Source: Nitrospirota bacterium (GTDB taxonomy: Bacteria; Nitrospirota; JACRHJ01). From it: a DNA stretch of 64,000 nt. The DNA lies in assembly GCA_963845245.1 (NCBI GenBank), contig CAWJRJ010000021.1, positions 96,001-160,000 on the forward strand, in the 5' to 3' direction. Positions within the stretch are counted from its first letter, which is position 1, and each line of letters begins with the position of its first letter. Shown here piece after piece: positions 51,114-61,523 of the stretch. The notes beneath the pieces were generated by a model. That model had not been told where the DNA came from, ran no database searches, and saw only the letters and a program-made list of their open reading frames with translations. The position numbers and the translations under genes are program-made.

Positions 51114-51875
51114 CTATCGAATGTCTATTGGTATGTCTTGGGGCATGTCTGGTGGAAATCCGTAGAACTCGCGCATCTCGGGGGAATAAGTCCGCTCGGA
51201 GGCGTAAACCGTTAGCGGGGCAAGGACTTTCAGGCCCTGGGAGCCGTTCTTTACGGCCTCTATCAGAGCCATACGCGCCCTGTCCCCGGTATATGAGTGT
51301 ATCGTCCTTAAGCGTTTGGGGTAGAGGCCGTGGTTGTTCATCTGTATGAAAAGCTCCGGCAGCCGTTCCGGGTGGTACACGAGGCAGAGCCTACCCTTGT
51401 TCTTCAGCATCATTGACGCCGCCTTCAGTATGTCCCGCATCCCGGCCGTCAGCTCGTGCCGTGCAGCCGCGCGCTCGTCGCCGGGGCTTATCTTGCCCGT
51501 GCCGGGCTTCCGAAACGGCGGGTTCGACACCACAAGCTCGAAGGATTCCTGCTCGAACATCTTTCCGGCGTTTTTCAGGTCTTCATGCAGGAATGTCACC
51601 CTGTCCGCCAGCCCGTTCAGCTCCGCGTTCCGCACGGCGCGGCCATACAGGGAGTCCTGTATCTCGATGCCCGTCACCTTCGCGTGCGGGTAGCGTTTGG
51701 CAAGCAGCAGCGACACGATACCGCTCCCCGCGCCGAGTTCAAGTATGCGGGTGCATTTCTTCAATTCCGGGAAATCGGCCAATAGGAGGGCGTCGAGCGA
51801 GAAGCGGTAGCCGGACTTGCTCTGGTATACCTGGACCTCAAGGTCGCGGATTTTTATGGAGTCGAGGGTTTCCAA
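51114..51875 (-). CDS. tRNA1(Val) A37 N6-methyltransferase (TrmN6/YfiC) family
   Basis: GYRFSLDALLLA, ELGAGSG, VSNPPF and ARHE motifs. Confidence 0.88.
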   Translation of the reverse strand: METLDSIKIRDLEVQVYQSKSGYRFSLDALLLADFPELKKCTRILELGAGSGIVSLLLAKRYPHAKVTGIEIQDSLYGRAVRNAELNGLADRVTFLHEDLKNAGKMFEQESFELVVSNPPFRKPGTGKISPGDERAAARHELTAGMRDILKAASMMLKNKGRLCLVYHPERLPELFIQMNNHGLYPKRLRTIHSYTGDRARMALIEAVKNGSQGLKVLAPLTVYASERTYSPEMREFYGFPPDMPQDIPIDIR

Positions 51876-52125
51876 TTTTCGTATGTCCGATAAATTATTT
51901 ATTTACCTTTTAAAGCATATAATATAAATCTAATAGGGATATTAAGCGCAATTAAAATACAAATTTTCCTCCATAGTCCCTCTACGACAAAAAAAGTAAA
52001 CAAGCACACCATAATCATTAATATTGATAAAGTAATGATTAGATATTTTAAGACTCGATTTTTCATTGCATATCCCTAAGGTTCGGAAATCTTAGGTTAT
52101 CAAAATACACTATTGGACAAATAAG

Positions 52126-53114
52126 TCAATGGGCGTGGGCGTGGAGGTGTTCTTCGTCATGCTCAGTGGTCGTGGTCGTGATCGTGGTCGTGCACCCTTC
52201 TGTCGCAGTGGGCTATGTCGCAGACGAGGTTACTGAACTCGCACTCGCCGACTTCCAGCTGGATGGTGGTGTGGTTTATCTGGTAGCAGGACATCAGCTT
52301 GCAGTTGATGTCGTCTATCACCTTCTTGCTCTTCTCGTGCAGGTCGGCGTCGATCAGGACATGCGCGGAGAGCGCCGTGATGTTGGAGCAGATGCTCCAG
52401 ACGTGCAGCCTGTGCACCTCCACCACGTGTTCCACCGTCAATATCTCGGCCACGACGGCGTTGATGTCCATCCCCTTCGGGACGCCCTCAAACAGTATAT
52501 GCGCGGATTCGTACAGTATTTTCCCCGCGCCGTACAGTATCACCAGCGAGAAGATGATGGAGAGTATCGGGTCCACCGTGTACCAGCCGGTATAGTACAT
52601 GATGATGCCGCCGATTATTACGCCCAGCGAGATGAGCGCGTCGCCCACGACGTGCAGGAACGCGCTTCGCATGTTCAGGTCGTGGTGGTCGTGGCCCTGC
52701 AGTTTGTGCACGACCGCCAGGTTTATCACAAGCCCGAAGATAGCCGCCACCATCATGCCCAGGCTATGGACCGCTTCCGGGGCCATAAGCCGCAGTATCG
52801 CCTCATACATTATCAGGCCGGAGATGACTATCAGGGTTATGCCGTTTGCAAACGCGGCGAACACCTCGGAGCGGTGCCAGCCGTAGGTGCGGGTGTCGGA
52901 CGACGGTAATCCCGCAAGCATTATAGCCAGTAGCGCAAGGCCCAGCGAGAACAGGTCGGTGAATACATGGGCGGCATCGGAGAGCAGGGCCAGGGAGTTG
53001 GTCAGGAAGCCCGCGACCACCTCGACGATAAGTATTATGGCGGTGAGGGCGATGGAAAATATGAGCCCTCTGTGACTGCTCGGAGTTTGCTTTGAGTCCG
53101 TCAAGTATCTTCAT
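52126..53114 (-). CDS. Cation diffusion facilitator (CzcD/ZitB-like) metal efflux transporter
   Basis: SLALLSDAAHVFTD, TYGWHRSE, NMRSAFLHVVGD, LHVWSI and HTTIQLE; the His-rich tail probably extends to 52126 after an indel. Confidence 0.93.
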
Positions 53115-53338
53115 TAGCGAAAACCTCGTAAAATAACAACTTTGTTAACTAAATGATAACGCAAAGGGCTTTAATTTACAAGGAGACTTTGAAAAAGCCT
53201 AAGCCTTTGACAGTTGCAGCCGCAGGGGTTATCCTTTTTGGACATATTGTCAACGATAACCGGGGCCGGGCGAGGGAATCTATTCTTGACTGCCGGGTGC
53301 CAGTTCTGTTAGTATGGCGGATTAACCAAGGGGATTTA

Positions 53339-55495
53339 ATGAAAAAAATCAAGTTTATACTTGCGCTTCACAACCACCAGCCGGTCGGCAATTTCGAGCA
53401 TATCTCGGAAGAGGCCTACCAGAAGGCGTACCTCCCGATCGTGGAGGTGCTGAAGGAGCACCCGTGGTTTAAGGCATGCCTCCATTACACCGGCCCGCTG
53501 CTCGAGTGGCTGGTGAAGGAGCACCCGGAATTCATCAAGATGGTCCGGGAGATGGTTGAGGCCGGGCAGGTGGAGGTCATGGGCGGCGGGTACTATGAGC
53601 CGATCCTTGCACTACTGCCTGATGAGGACAAGCAGGGCCAGATACGGAAGCTATCAGGCTATGTCAAGGAACAGTTCGGGTGCGAGCCGTCCGGGATGTG
53701 GCTTGCCGAGCGCGTATGGGAGCCGCACCTGGCGCACGACATCTCCGCCGCAGGCATCGATTACGTCGTCGTGGATGACTACCACTTCAAGATGTCCGGC
53801 TTCAGGGAAAACGACCTGACCGGCTACTTCCTCACCGAGGAGCACGGCAGCATCCTCAAGGTCTTCCCCGGGAGCGAGAAGCTCAGGTACACCATACCGT
53901 TCCAGGAGCCGGAGGCAACCATAGAGTACCTCAAATCCATGCCGGACGCGGGCGAGCATACCCTCGCGGTCATGGCGGACGACGGCGAGAAATTCGGCAC
54001 ATGGCCGGGCACGTTCAAATGGGTATACGAGGACGGCTGGCTGAAGCGGTTCATAAAGGCGATCGAGAAGGAAATGGACTGGGTGTCCACCACCACCTTC
54101 GCCGAGTATATAAAGGAAGAGAAGCCGCGTGGGCGCGCATACCTCCCCACATGTTCCTACGCCGAGATGGGCGAGTGGTCGCTGCCGCCGAAGGCGATGC
54201 TCCAGTATGAGGACTTCCTCGAAGGGCTGAAGTCCGACCCTCAGGCCGCAACGAAGAGGCTCTTCATAAAGGGCGGGTTCTTCAGGAACTTCCTCTCCAA
54301 ATATCCCGAATCGAACGCCATGCACAAGAGGATGCTGATGGTCAGCGCCAAGGTGCGGAAGGCGATAGAGCTTGCGGGCGGCAAGACCGGCAAGAAAAAG
54401 AAGCTGGTAGATGACATGCTGGATAACCTCTGGGCCGGGCAGTGCAACGACGCCTACTGGCACGGTGTATTCGGCGGCCTCTACCTCCCGCACCTGAGAG
54501 ACGCCCTTTACCGCCACCTGATTCTGGCGGACGAGGCGGCGGATGCGATAATCGCGGATGCGGAAGGCAAAGACAAATATCTGCTTGTTGAGGAGGGCGA
54601 CCTGGACGGCGACCTGTCCCGCGAGGTCATGGTGTCCAACAGGCTTTGCGCAGTGCTTATGGACCCGGCCGAAGGCGGCACGATATACGAGTTCGATTAC
54701 CGCCCGGTTTCCATGAATTTCATGGACACCCTCTCAAGGCGTGAAGAGGCCTACCACAAGAAGATCGCCGAGGCCGTCGGGGCCGTGGATGATAAGGGCG
54801 CCACTACGATTCATGAGAGGGTGGCGGCAAAGGAAGAGGGGTTGTCGGAGCACCTCCAGTACGACTGGTACAGGAGGTCATCGCTCATCGACCACTTCCT
54901 CGACGGGGATGCCGACTTCGAGAGTTTCAGGCACGCCGCCTACCATGAGGCAGGCGACTTCGTCCTTGGCGAATATGCCCTCAAGACCCGCAAGAAGGAT
55001 GACAACGTAAAGCTAGCGCTCACAAGGGTCGGCTCTGTGGCGGGCCAGCCCGTGAAGGTGGAAAAGGTGGTAACGGTATTGGCTGGCGAGGCCGGCTTCG
55101 AGGCCGCCTATACGCTCACCAATGAAGGACCGGACGAGCTCAATACCTCTTTCGGCACGGAGTTCAACCTGTCGCTTCTCGCGGGCGACTCGCCCGACCG
55201 CTATTTTGATATAAAAGGGCATGTGTTGAAATCGCGGAACTTTGCGAGCGCGGGCGAGCTCAACAACGTGTCCGTCGTGAAGATGGTCGACGAGTGGCTT
55301 GGTTATTCGCTCACGCTCGATTTCAGTGAAGTGGCGGTGCTCTGGAGGTTCCCGGTGGATACCGTCTCCCAGTCGGAGGCTGGTTTCGAGAGGGTTTACC
55401 AGGGTTCGTCTATAATGCCGCTCTGGAGGATATCCCTCAAGCCGGGCGGTAAATGGAATGTCAGTATCAAGTTTGCACTGGACAGGAGGTCCTGA
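53339..55495 (+). CDS. GH57 alpha-amylase / 4-alpha-glucanotransferase
   Basis: HNHQPVGN, GMWLAERVW, DDGEKFG.WP, SYAEM.EW, QCNDAYWHGVFGGLY.PHLR and SEAGFE..YQG motifs. Confidence 0.92.
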   Translation: MKKIKFILALHNHQPVGNFEHISEEAYQKAYLPIVEVLKEHPWFKACLHYTGPLLEWLVKEHPEFIKMVREMVEAGQVEVMGGGYYEPILALLPDEDKQGQIRKLSGYVKEQFGCEPSGMWLAERVWEPHLAHDISAAGIDYVVVDDYHFKMSGFRENDLTGYFLTEEHGSILKVFPGSEKLRYTIPFQEPEATIEYLKSMPDAGEHTLAVMADDGEKFGTWPGTFKWVYEDGWLKRFIKAIEKEMDWVSTTTFAEYIKEEKPRGRAYLPTCSYAEMGEWSLPPKAMLQYEDFLEGLKSDPQAATKRLFIKGGFFRNFLSKYPESNAMHKRMLMVSAKVRKAIELAGGKTGKKKKLVDDMLDNLWAGQCNDAYWHGVFGGLYLPHLRDALYRHLILADEAADAIIADAEGKDKYLLVEEGDLDGDLSREVMVSNRLCAVLMDPAEGGTIYEFDYRPVSMNFMDTLSRREEAYHKKIAEAVGAVDDKGATTIHERVAAKEEGLSEHLQYDWYRRSSLIDHFLDGDADFESFRHAAYHEAGDFVLGEYALKTRKKDDNVKLALTRVGSVAGQPVKVEKVVTVLAGEAGFEAAYTLTNEGPDELNTSFGTEFNLSLLAGDSPDRYFDIKGHVLKSRNFASAGELNNVSVVKMVDEWLGYSLTLDFSEVAVLWRFPVDTVSQSEAGFERVYQGSSIMPLWRISLKPGGKWNVSIKFALDRRS

Positions 55496-55502
55496 GAAAA
55501 AG

Positions 55503-57347
55503 ATGGCCAAGCAATATGTTTTCCTGTTTTTAGCCTTTATCCTTCTCTGCCCCGCAATCGCCTTCTCCGCCGACGTGAAAGAACCGGTAGACACCATCGA
55601 GAGGATGGCTGGAGAGGTGATAAAACATTACCCCAAAGCCGAAGGCAAGGTGACTGCCGCCGATGAGAAAACGGTAACGGTGGGCATCGGCGCAGCCGAC
55701 GGGCTGAAACCCGGGATGGTGCTCTACCTCTTCAGGCCTGGCAAGCTTATCAAGCACCCGGTCACAAAGGCGATCATCGGCAACAGGGAGACTCCGCTTG
55801 GCAGCATGGTGCTGTCCACGGTAGGCGACAAGGAGTCCACCGGCGAGATCAAAGAGCTCCTTGTCACCCGCATAATCCCAGGAGACACCGCGCGCACATC
55901 GGACAAGAAGACGAAGCTGCTAATTGGCGTGCACGGTAAGGAACCCAACGAACTGGTGCTTGACCGGCTGTTGAACATCATGAGGTCTTCAGGGCGTTTC
56001 GACGTGATTGGCCCGGTCGAGCTTCCGAAGGAGACCCCGCTTGCCCCTGAATCCGCCCGCAAGTTTGCGCTTGATAACGGCTCAGACGGCCTGCTCGCCC
56101 TTTCCACCGCTCCCACCAAAAAGATCAACAGGATAGCAGCATCCCTGACTCTATATGGTGCGGACGGGGGGACCACCGAAAAGCAGGAAGGCGTGCTCGA
56201 CTCGACCAGCGACATCTACTCCGAAAAAATCATGGATTACAACCTCGTTCGCGGAGAACACCGCGACTTCTACCACCTGGAGAACCTCCCATACAGGGCG
56301 AAACATTTTGCTGCCGGCAACATTGCGGGCGAAGGCAAGACCGAGTTCGCCATATCAGACGGCCATGCGATCATAATATACAGGCTTGAGGGCGGTGTGC
56401 TCAAGGAACTCTGGCGAGAGACGCCGGTCACGGGCAACGAGCATCTGGACGTCGAATGCGCCGACCTCAACAATAACGGCAGGGACGAGGTCTACGTCAC
56501 CAACTTCAACGGGGCCGCCGCCTCGTCTTACGTGATAGAGTACGACGGCAGCCATTACAAAAAGATTGCACAGGACGTGCCGCTTCTTTTCAGGGTACTT
56601 GACGTGCCGGGCTCCGGGAAGACGCTTTTGACGACATGGGTAGGCAAGGACGCCCCGTACCCAGGTGTCATAGACGAGTATAAATGGAAGGACGGCTCGC
56701 TTGTCAAGGCCGGAAGGTTCCCGCTGCCTGACAAGATAAAGGACCCGTACGGTTTCGTCCTTGTCGACCTTATGCCCGATAAAAAGGGCGCCGCGCCCGG
56801 GAAGGGCCCGCTTGCAGGCCTTGAGATAGTGTGGATAGACGACGCGGACTACCTGCAGGTGCTCAACTCGAAGGGCAAAAGGCTTTGGAAAAGCCCTGAG
56901 CGCTTCGGTGGTTACGACAGCTTCTTCGAGGTGGACCAGAACAGCCTGGCCCTCGCCAACGTCGACAACAGGGGCAAGGTAAAGGGAAAGCTGATAGTCA
57001 GGACCGGGCCGGAGGGCACCACCGAGATTGTGCTGACCAAAAACATCCCGACAACGAATGTGCTGAGGCGGGTCAAGTTATACAGCGGTGCCGAGATATA
57101 CTCTTTGGCGTGGAACGGCTCTGCCATGGAGACACGGTGGAGCATCAAGAATATCGAGGGGTATCTTGCCGATATCCAGATCGGCGACGTGTCGAACAAG
57201 GGCCGTGAAGAGATCGCCATAATAACCGACCCCACTTTCAAATACGTGAAGTCCAGCAAATCGGTGCCTCTGGGCAGCGCGGCCTCGCTTGGCAACATGG
57301 TGGCTGACACTGCCAGCCTTTTGATCTACAAGGTTCCGCAAAGGTGA
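55503..57347 (+). CDS. Exported protein with FG-GAP/VCBS-like repeats
   Basis: Signal peptide; G..DGLKPGM.L.L N-terminal domain; repeats ADLNNNGRDEV, GNIAGEGKTEF and GDVSNKGREEI. Confidence 0.75.
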   Translation: MAKQYVFLFLAFILLCPAIAFSADVKEPVDTIERMAGEVIKHYPKAEGKVTAADEKTVTVGIGAADGLKPGMVLYLFRPGKLIKHPVTKAIIGNRETPLGSMVLSTVGDKESTGEIKELLVTRIIPGDTARTSDKKTKLLIGVHGKEPNELVLDRLLNIMRSSGRFDVIGPVELPKETPLAPESARKFALDNGSDGLLALSTAPTKKINRIAASLTLYGADGGTTEKQEGVLDSTSDIYSEKIMDYNLVRGEHRDFYHLENLPYRAKHFAAGNIAGEGKTEFAISDGHAIIIYRLEGGVLKELWRETPVTGNEHLDVECADLNNNGRDEVYVTNFNGAAASSYVIEYDGSHYKKIAQDVPLLFRVLDVPGSGKTLLTTWVGKDAPYPGVIDEYKWKDGSLVKAGRFPLPDKIKDPYGFVLVDLMPDKKGAAPGKGPLAGLEIVWIDDADYLQVLNSKGKRLWKSPERFGGYDSFFEVDQNSLALANVDNRGKVKGKLIVRTGPEGTTEIVLTKNIPTTNVLRRVKLYSGAEIYSLAWNGSAMETRWSIKNIEGYLADIQIGDVSNKGREEIAIITDPTFKYVKSSKSVPLGSAASLGNMVADTASLLIYKVPQR

Positions 57348-58150
57348 TTTTGGAAAAGACCCTCACAACAAAAGACACATCCGGCCTGTCTGAAAAAGAG
57401 CTGCTGGCCATGATAGACCAGGCCAGGGTCCCCGCGCATATCGCCATAATCATGGACGGTAACGGCCGGTGGGCCGCGCGCAAGGGGCTCCCCAGGATAC
57501 TAGGCCACAAGAAGGGCATGGAGGTAGTCAAGGATATCATCACGGTATCCTCGAACCTGGGTGTGAAGGCCCTCACGCTCTATGCCTTTTCTCTGGAGAA
57601 CTGGCGCAGGCCGCCTAAAGAGGTGGAAGCCCTGATGTCGCTGCTCGCCCTTTATCTCCAGAAAGAGATAAGGATGATGATGGAAAAGGGCATAAGGTTT
57701 AAGACGATAGGCCGTATGGAAGACCTGCCCAAGGAGGCCAGGTCGTGGGTGGACAAGGCTAAAGCAGAGACCGCCGGTAATACCGGCATGGTCTTGAACC
57801 TTGCGCTCAGCTACGGCGGAAGGTGGGAGATGATGGAGGCCGCCAAGAGGTATGCGGCGGCGGCGGCAGAAGGAAGGGTATCTCCAGAATCGCTTGACGA
57901 GTCTACTTTCTCAGGCTTCATGGACACCGCCGGCCTGCCGGAACTCGACCTCCTGATAAGGACGTCGGGCGAGGTCAGGGTGTCGAACTTCCTGCTCTGG
58001 CAGATGGCATATGCCGAGCTTTATTTCACTGATGCGCTCTGGCCTGATTTCAGGGCGCGCGACTTATACGAGGCGATATTGGACTACCAGGGCAGACAGA
58101 GGCGTTTCGGCATGACCGGTGAGCAGCTCGGGAGGGGAAATGCCGTATAA
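57344..58150 (+). CDS. uppS: Undecaprenyl diphosphate synthase
   Basis: PAHIAIIMDGNGRWA, YAFSLENWRRP, SYGGR and DLLIRTSGE.RVSNFLLWQ motifs. Confidence 0.97.
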   Translation: MILEKTLTTKDTSGLSEKELLAMIDQARVPAHIAIIMDGNGRWAARKGLPRILGHKKGMEVVKDIITVSSNLGVKALTLYAFSLENWRRPPKEVEALMSLLALYLQKEIRMMMEKGIRFKTIGRMEDLPKEARSWVDKAKAETAGNTGMVLNLALSYGGRWEMMEAAKRYAAAAAEGRVSPESLDESTFSGFMDTAGLPELDLLIRTSGEVRVSNFLLWQMAYAELYFTDALWPDFRARDLYEAILDYQGRQRRFGMTGEQLGRGNAV

Positions 58151-58988
58151 AAGGTTAATGACGGCCGCAATCGGCATCCCGATCGTATACATGATCGTTC
58201 AGTATCTGCCGCCTATATATTTCTTGTTCCTTATTATGCTGTTCGTTTCCGTCGGCCAGTTCGAGTTTTACCGGATGTTCAAGAACAGCGGCTACTACCC
58301 ACAGACCGCGGTCGGCATTTTCGTCGGGCTGCTGGTGGTATCTGGTTTTTATATCGGCGCCACCTCGGAGCGCGAGATATCTAATATCTTCTCGCCGGAC
58401 GTTATGGTAGCCTTTGCATTCGTAGTGTCTCTTTTGTTCCGGCTCTTCTCGGAGAGGGACAGCAACGGGGCGATGGTCGACACGGCCCTCACCTTTACCG
58501 GTGTCGTTTATGTAGCCTGGCTAATGGCCTATGTCGTGCTGCTCAGAAGTTGGGGCAACGGAGGCATAGACGGGCGGGACCTCATATTCTTCCTGTTCGT
58601 GGTCACCTGGGCAACCGATTCCGGCGCGTATTTCGTCGGTTCCGCTTTCGGCAAGCACAGGCTGTACAGCAAGATAAGCCCGAAAAAGTCAGTCGAGGGC
58701 GCGCTGGGCGGGCTCTTTTTCAGCGTGCTCTTCGCGGTCATATGCAAGTACTGGTTCTACCACGAGCTGAACCTGCATGACGCGGTGGCCCTGGGGTTGA
58801 TACTCGGTACTGTCGGGCAGATCGGCGACCTTGCCGAATCTATGATAAAGAGAAGCGCGCGCATAAAGGATTCAGGGGGGATTTTCCCCGGCCACGGCGG
58901 AGTACTTGACAGGATCGACAGCGTACTACTGAACGCCCCGGCTTTATATTATTACACTATTATCGCAACATGGAAGGCCGGCGGTTGA
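58140..58988 (+). CDS. cdsA: Phosphatidate cytidylyltransferase
   Basis: WATDSGAYF.G, ISPKKSVEG and GDLAESMIKR...KDSG..FPGHGGVLDRIDS motifs. Confidence 0.96.
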   Translation: MPYKRLMTAAIGIPIVYMIVQYLPPIYFLFLIMLFVSVGQFEFYRMFKNSGYYPQTAVGIFVGLLVVSGFYIGATSEREISNIFSPDVMVAFAFVVSLLFRLFSERDSNGAMVDTALTFTGVVYVAWLMAYVVLLRSWGNGGIDGRDLIFFLFVVTWATDSGAYFVGSAFGKHRLYSKISPKKSVEGALGGLFFSVLFAVICKYWFYHELNLHDAVALGLILGTVGQIGDLAESMIKRSARIKDSGGIFPGHGGVLDRIDSVLLNAPALYYYTIIATWKAGG

Positions 58989-58990
58989 TT

Positions 58991-60148
58991 ATGAAGAACC
59001 TGGCTATACTTGGAAGCACCGGCTCGATAGGGGTGAACACCCTCGACGTGGTGCGCCGTTTCCCCGGCCGATTCAAGGTGTTGTCCCTCGCGTGCGGCGG
59101 GAACATCGAACTCCTTGAAAAGCAGATACACTCCTTTGGCCCCAAAATGGTCTCGGTCAGGGACAAGAAATCTGCCGATATCCTGAAGAAAAGGCTCGGC
59201 AAAAGCCCCGTGGAGGTGCTGTACGGCGTGGAGGGCATGATAGCCGCAGCCACGGTGCCGAAGGTGGACGTCGTGATATCCGCCATAGTCGGTGCTGCCG
59301 GGCTTGTCCCCACCATGGCCGCAATCGAAGCCGGGAAGGACATCGCCCTTGCCAACAAGGAGACGCTGGTCTGCGCGGGCAGCCTCGTCATGGACGCGGT
59401 CAAACGGAAAGGGGTGAAACTCCTGCCGGTGGACAGCGAGCATTCCGCGATTTTCCAGTCGCTCAAGGGGCACAGGAAAAGGGACCTCACGAGGATAACC
59501 CTTACCGCATCCGGTGGGCCGTTCCAGGGGCACACGCTTGAGCAGCTCAAGAAGGTGAAGCTTGCGGACGCCCTCAAACACCCAAACTGGGAGATGGGCA
59601 GGAAGATCACGATAGACTCCTCCACCCTCATGAACAAGGGGCTTGAGGTAATCGAGGCCAAGTGGCTGTTCGACGTCGAGCTCGACCGTATCTCGGTGAT
59701 TGTCCACCCGCAGAGCATAATACATTCCATGGTCGAGTTCCTCGACGGCTCGGTCATAGCGCAGCTCGGAGTGCCGGACATGCGCGGGCCGATCTCATAT
59801 GCGCTCGGATATCCGGGCAGGCTTAAAAAGGACATACCGGGTCTGGACCTCGCCAAGCTCGGCAGGCTTACGTTTAGCGAGCCGGATATGGGACGCTTTC
59901 CGTGCCTCGGGTTTGCCTTCGACGCACTGCAGGCAGGCGGCACCATGTCGGCCGTCCTGAACGCCGCCAACGAGGTTGCGGTACAGGCCTTCCTCGAAGA
60001 GAGGATAGGTTACATGGATATTCCGGTTATAATAAAGGGTACGATGGACGCGCATACCCCCACGGAGCCCGGGACCGTCGAGGATGTGCTGAAGGCCGAC
60101 CTCTGGGCAAGGGGTTCCGCCCGCAAGATTATCGGCAAAACGTGCTAA
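58991..60148 (+). CDS. dxr: 1-deoxy-D-xylulose-5-phosphate reductoisomerase
   Basis: LGSTGSIG, LANKE, PVDSEHSA, TASGGPF, HPNWEMG.KITIDS and NAANE motifs. Confidence 0.97.
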   Translation: MKNLAILGSTGSIGVNTLDVVRRFPGRFKVLSLACGGNIELLEKQIHSFGPKMVSVRDKKSADILKKRLGKSPVEVLYGVEGMIAAATVPKVDVVISAIVGAAGLVPTMAAIEAGKDIALANKETLVCAGSLVMDAVKRKGVKLLPVDSEHSAIFQSLKGHRKRDLTRITLTASGGPFQGHTLEQLKKVKLADALKHPNWEMGRKITIDSSTLMNKGLEVIEAKWLFDVELDRISVIVHPQSIIHSMVEFLDGSVIAQLGVPDMRGPISYALGYPGRLKKDIPGLDLAKLGRLTFSEPDMGRFPCLGFAFDALQAGGTMSAVLNAANEVAVQAFLEERIGYMDIPVIIKGTMDAHTPTEPGTVEDVLKADLWARGSARKIIGKTC

Positions 60149-60191
60149 TATACTGGTAGTAGTCTTTCATTATCATTTCAGGAGCATAACC

Positions 60192-61523
60192 TTGTCCAAC
60201 CTATTTAACGTTATCGTGGGCCCGCTCACCAGTATCGGCGCGGCGGTGGTCGTGCTTGGGCTCCTCATATTTTTCCACGAGTTCGGGCATTTCATCGTCG
60301 CCAAACTAAGCGGCGTCGGAGTCCTCAAGTTCTCTCTGGGGTTCGGCAGGAAGATTGTCGGCTGGAAGTCAGGCGAGACGGAATACATGATATCCGCCTT
60401 CCCGCTGGGCGGTTACGTCAAGATGGTCGGTGAGGACCCGGAGGAAGAGGAGCTTTCCCCGGAGGACATGAAACGCTCTTTTTCCGCGCAGCCGATATAC
60501 AAGCGCGCCGCAATAGTGGTAGCCGGCCCGCTTTTCAACATCCTTCTTTCCATCATCCTGTGCTACCTGTTGTTCGTTACAGGTTTTCCGACAGCTATAT
60601 CCAAAGTCATTGACGTCACACCGGGCAGCCCGGCGCAGGTTGCCGGATTCATGCCGGGTGACATCATAGATAAGGTGGACGGCAAGGACATGGATATATG
60701 GGAGATGGTCTCAGATTATGTTGAAGGCCACCCCGGCAAAAAGATCGATTTCGTGGTGCGCAGGGGCCGTGCGCTCACCCGGATAGAGGCGGCCCCAGAG
60801 AACCGCAACGGAAAAGGGTATATGGGGCTTGTCGGCTCGGTAATAGTAGCGGCCGTCATGGAACACTCCCCTGCGGACAAGGCCGGTATAAAGACCAAGG
60901 ACCATATTATTGCCGTGAACGGACAACGGGTCGGGTCGTGGGGCGAGATGTCCGACATGGTCAAGGCGAACCCCGGAAAGACCTTGGGCTTTACCATAGA
61001 AAGGGAGGGCAGGCCCCTTGAGTTCAAGGTCGTGCCGGTCTTTGACCCGAAGGACAAAGCCGGGAAGATCGGAGTGCAGATGGGGGCAGATTCAAAGGAC
61101 GTCGCCTATGGCCCTGTCGAGTCGCTCGGCATGAGCGTTAACAAAACTTACCAGATGACCAGCATGACGGTCGGTTTCCTGGCAAAACTCGTTTCCGGCA
61201 AGGAGGACTCAAGCCAGATGGGCGGGCCGATAGCCATAGTGCAGCTCTCCGGCCGTCAGGCAAAGCAGGGGTTTGCAGACTTCGTCATATTCATGGCCCT
61301 GCTCAGCGTGAACCTGGGGATAATGAACCTTTTTCCCATCCCCATCCTTGACGGCGGGCACCTGTTCTTCTTCGGCATCGAGGCCGTGATGGGCAAGCCG
61401 CTAGACATGAAAAAGCGCGAGATGGCCCAGCAGGTCGGGCTGTTCCTGCTTATCGCCCTGATGGTGTTCGTGTTCTACAACGACATTATGAGGCTCCTCG
61501 GCTTCTCGGTGATGTGGAAATGA
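60192..61523 (+). CDS. rseP: RIP metalloprotease RseP
   Basis: HEFGH, PLGGYVKM, two PDZ domains and NLFPIPILDGG. Confidence 0.95.
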   Translation: MSNLFNVIVGPLTSIGAAVVVLGLLIFFHEFGHFIVAKLSGVGVLKFSLGFGRKIVGWKSGETEYMISAFPLGGYVKMVGEDPEEEELSPEDMKRSFSAQPIYKRAAIVVAGPLFNILLSIILCYLLFVTGFPTAISKVIDVTPGSPAQVAGFMPGDIIDKVDGKDMDIWEMVSDYVEGHPGKKIDFVVRRGRALTRIEAAPENRNGKGYMGLVGSVIVAAVMEHSPADKAGIKTKDHIIAVNGQRVGSWGEMSDMVKANPGKTLGFTIEREGRPLEFKVVPVFDPKDKAGKIGVQMGADSKDVAYGPVESLGMSVNKTYQMTSMTVGFLAKLVSGKEDSSQMGGPIAIVQLSGRQAKQGFADFVIFMALLSVNLGIMNLFPIPILDGGHLFFFGIEAVMGKPLDMKKREMAQQVGLFLLIALMVFVFYNDIMRLLGFSVMWK

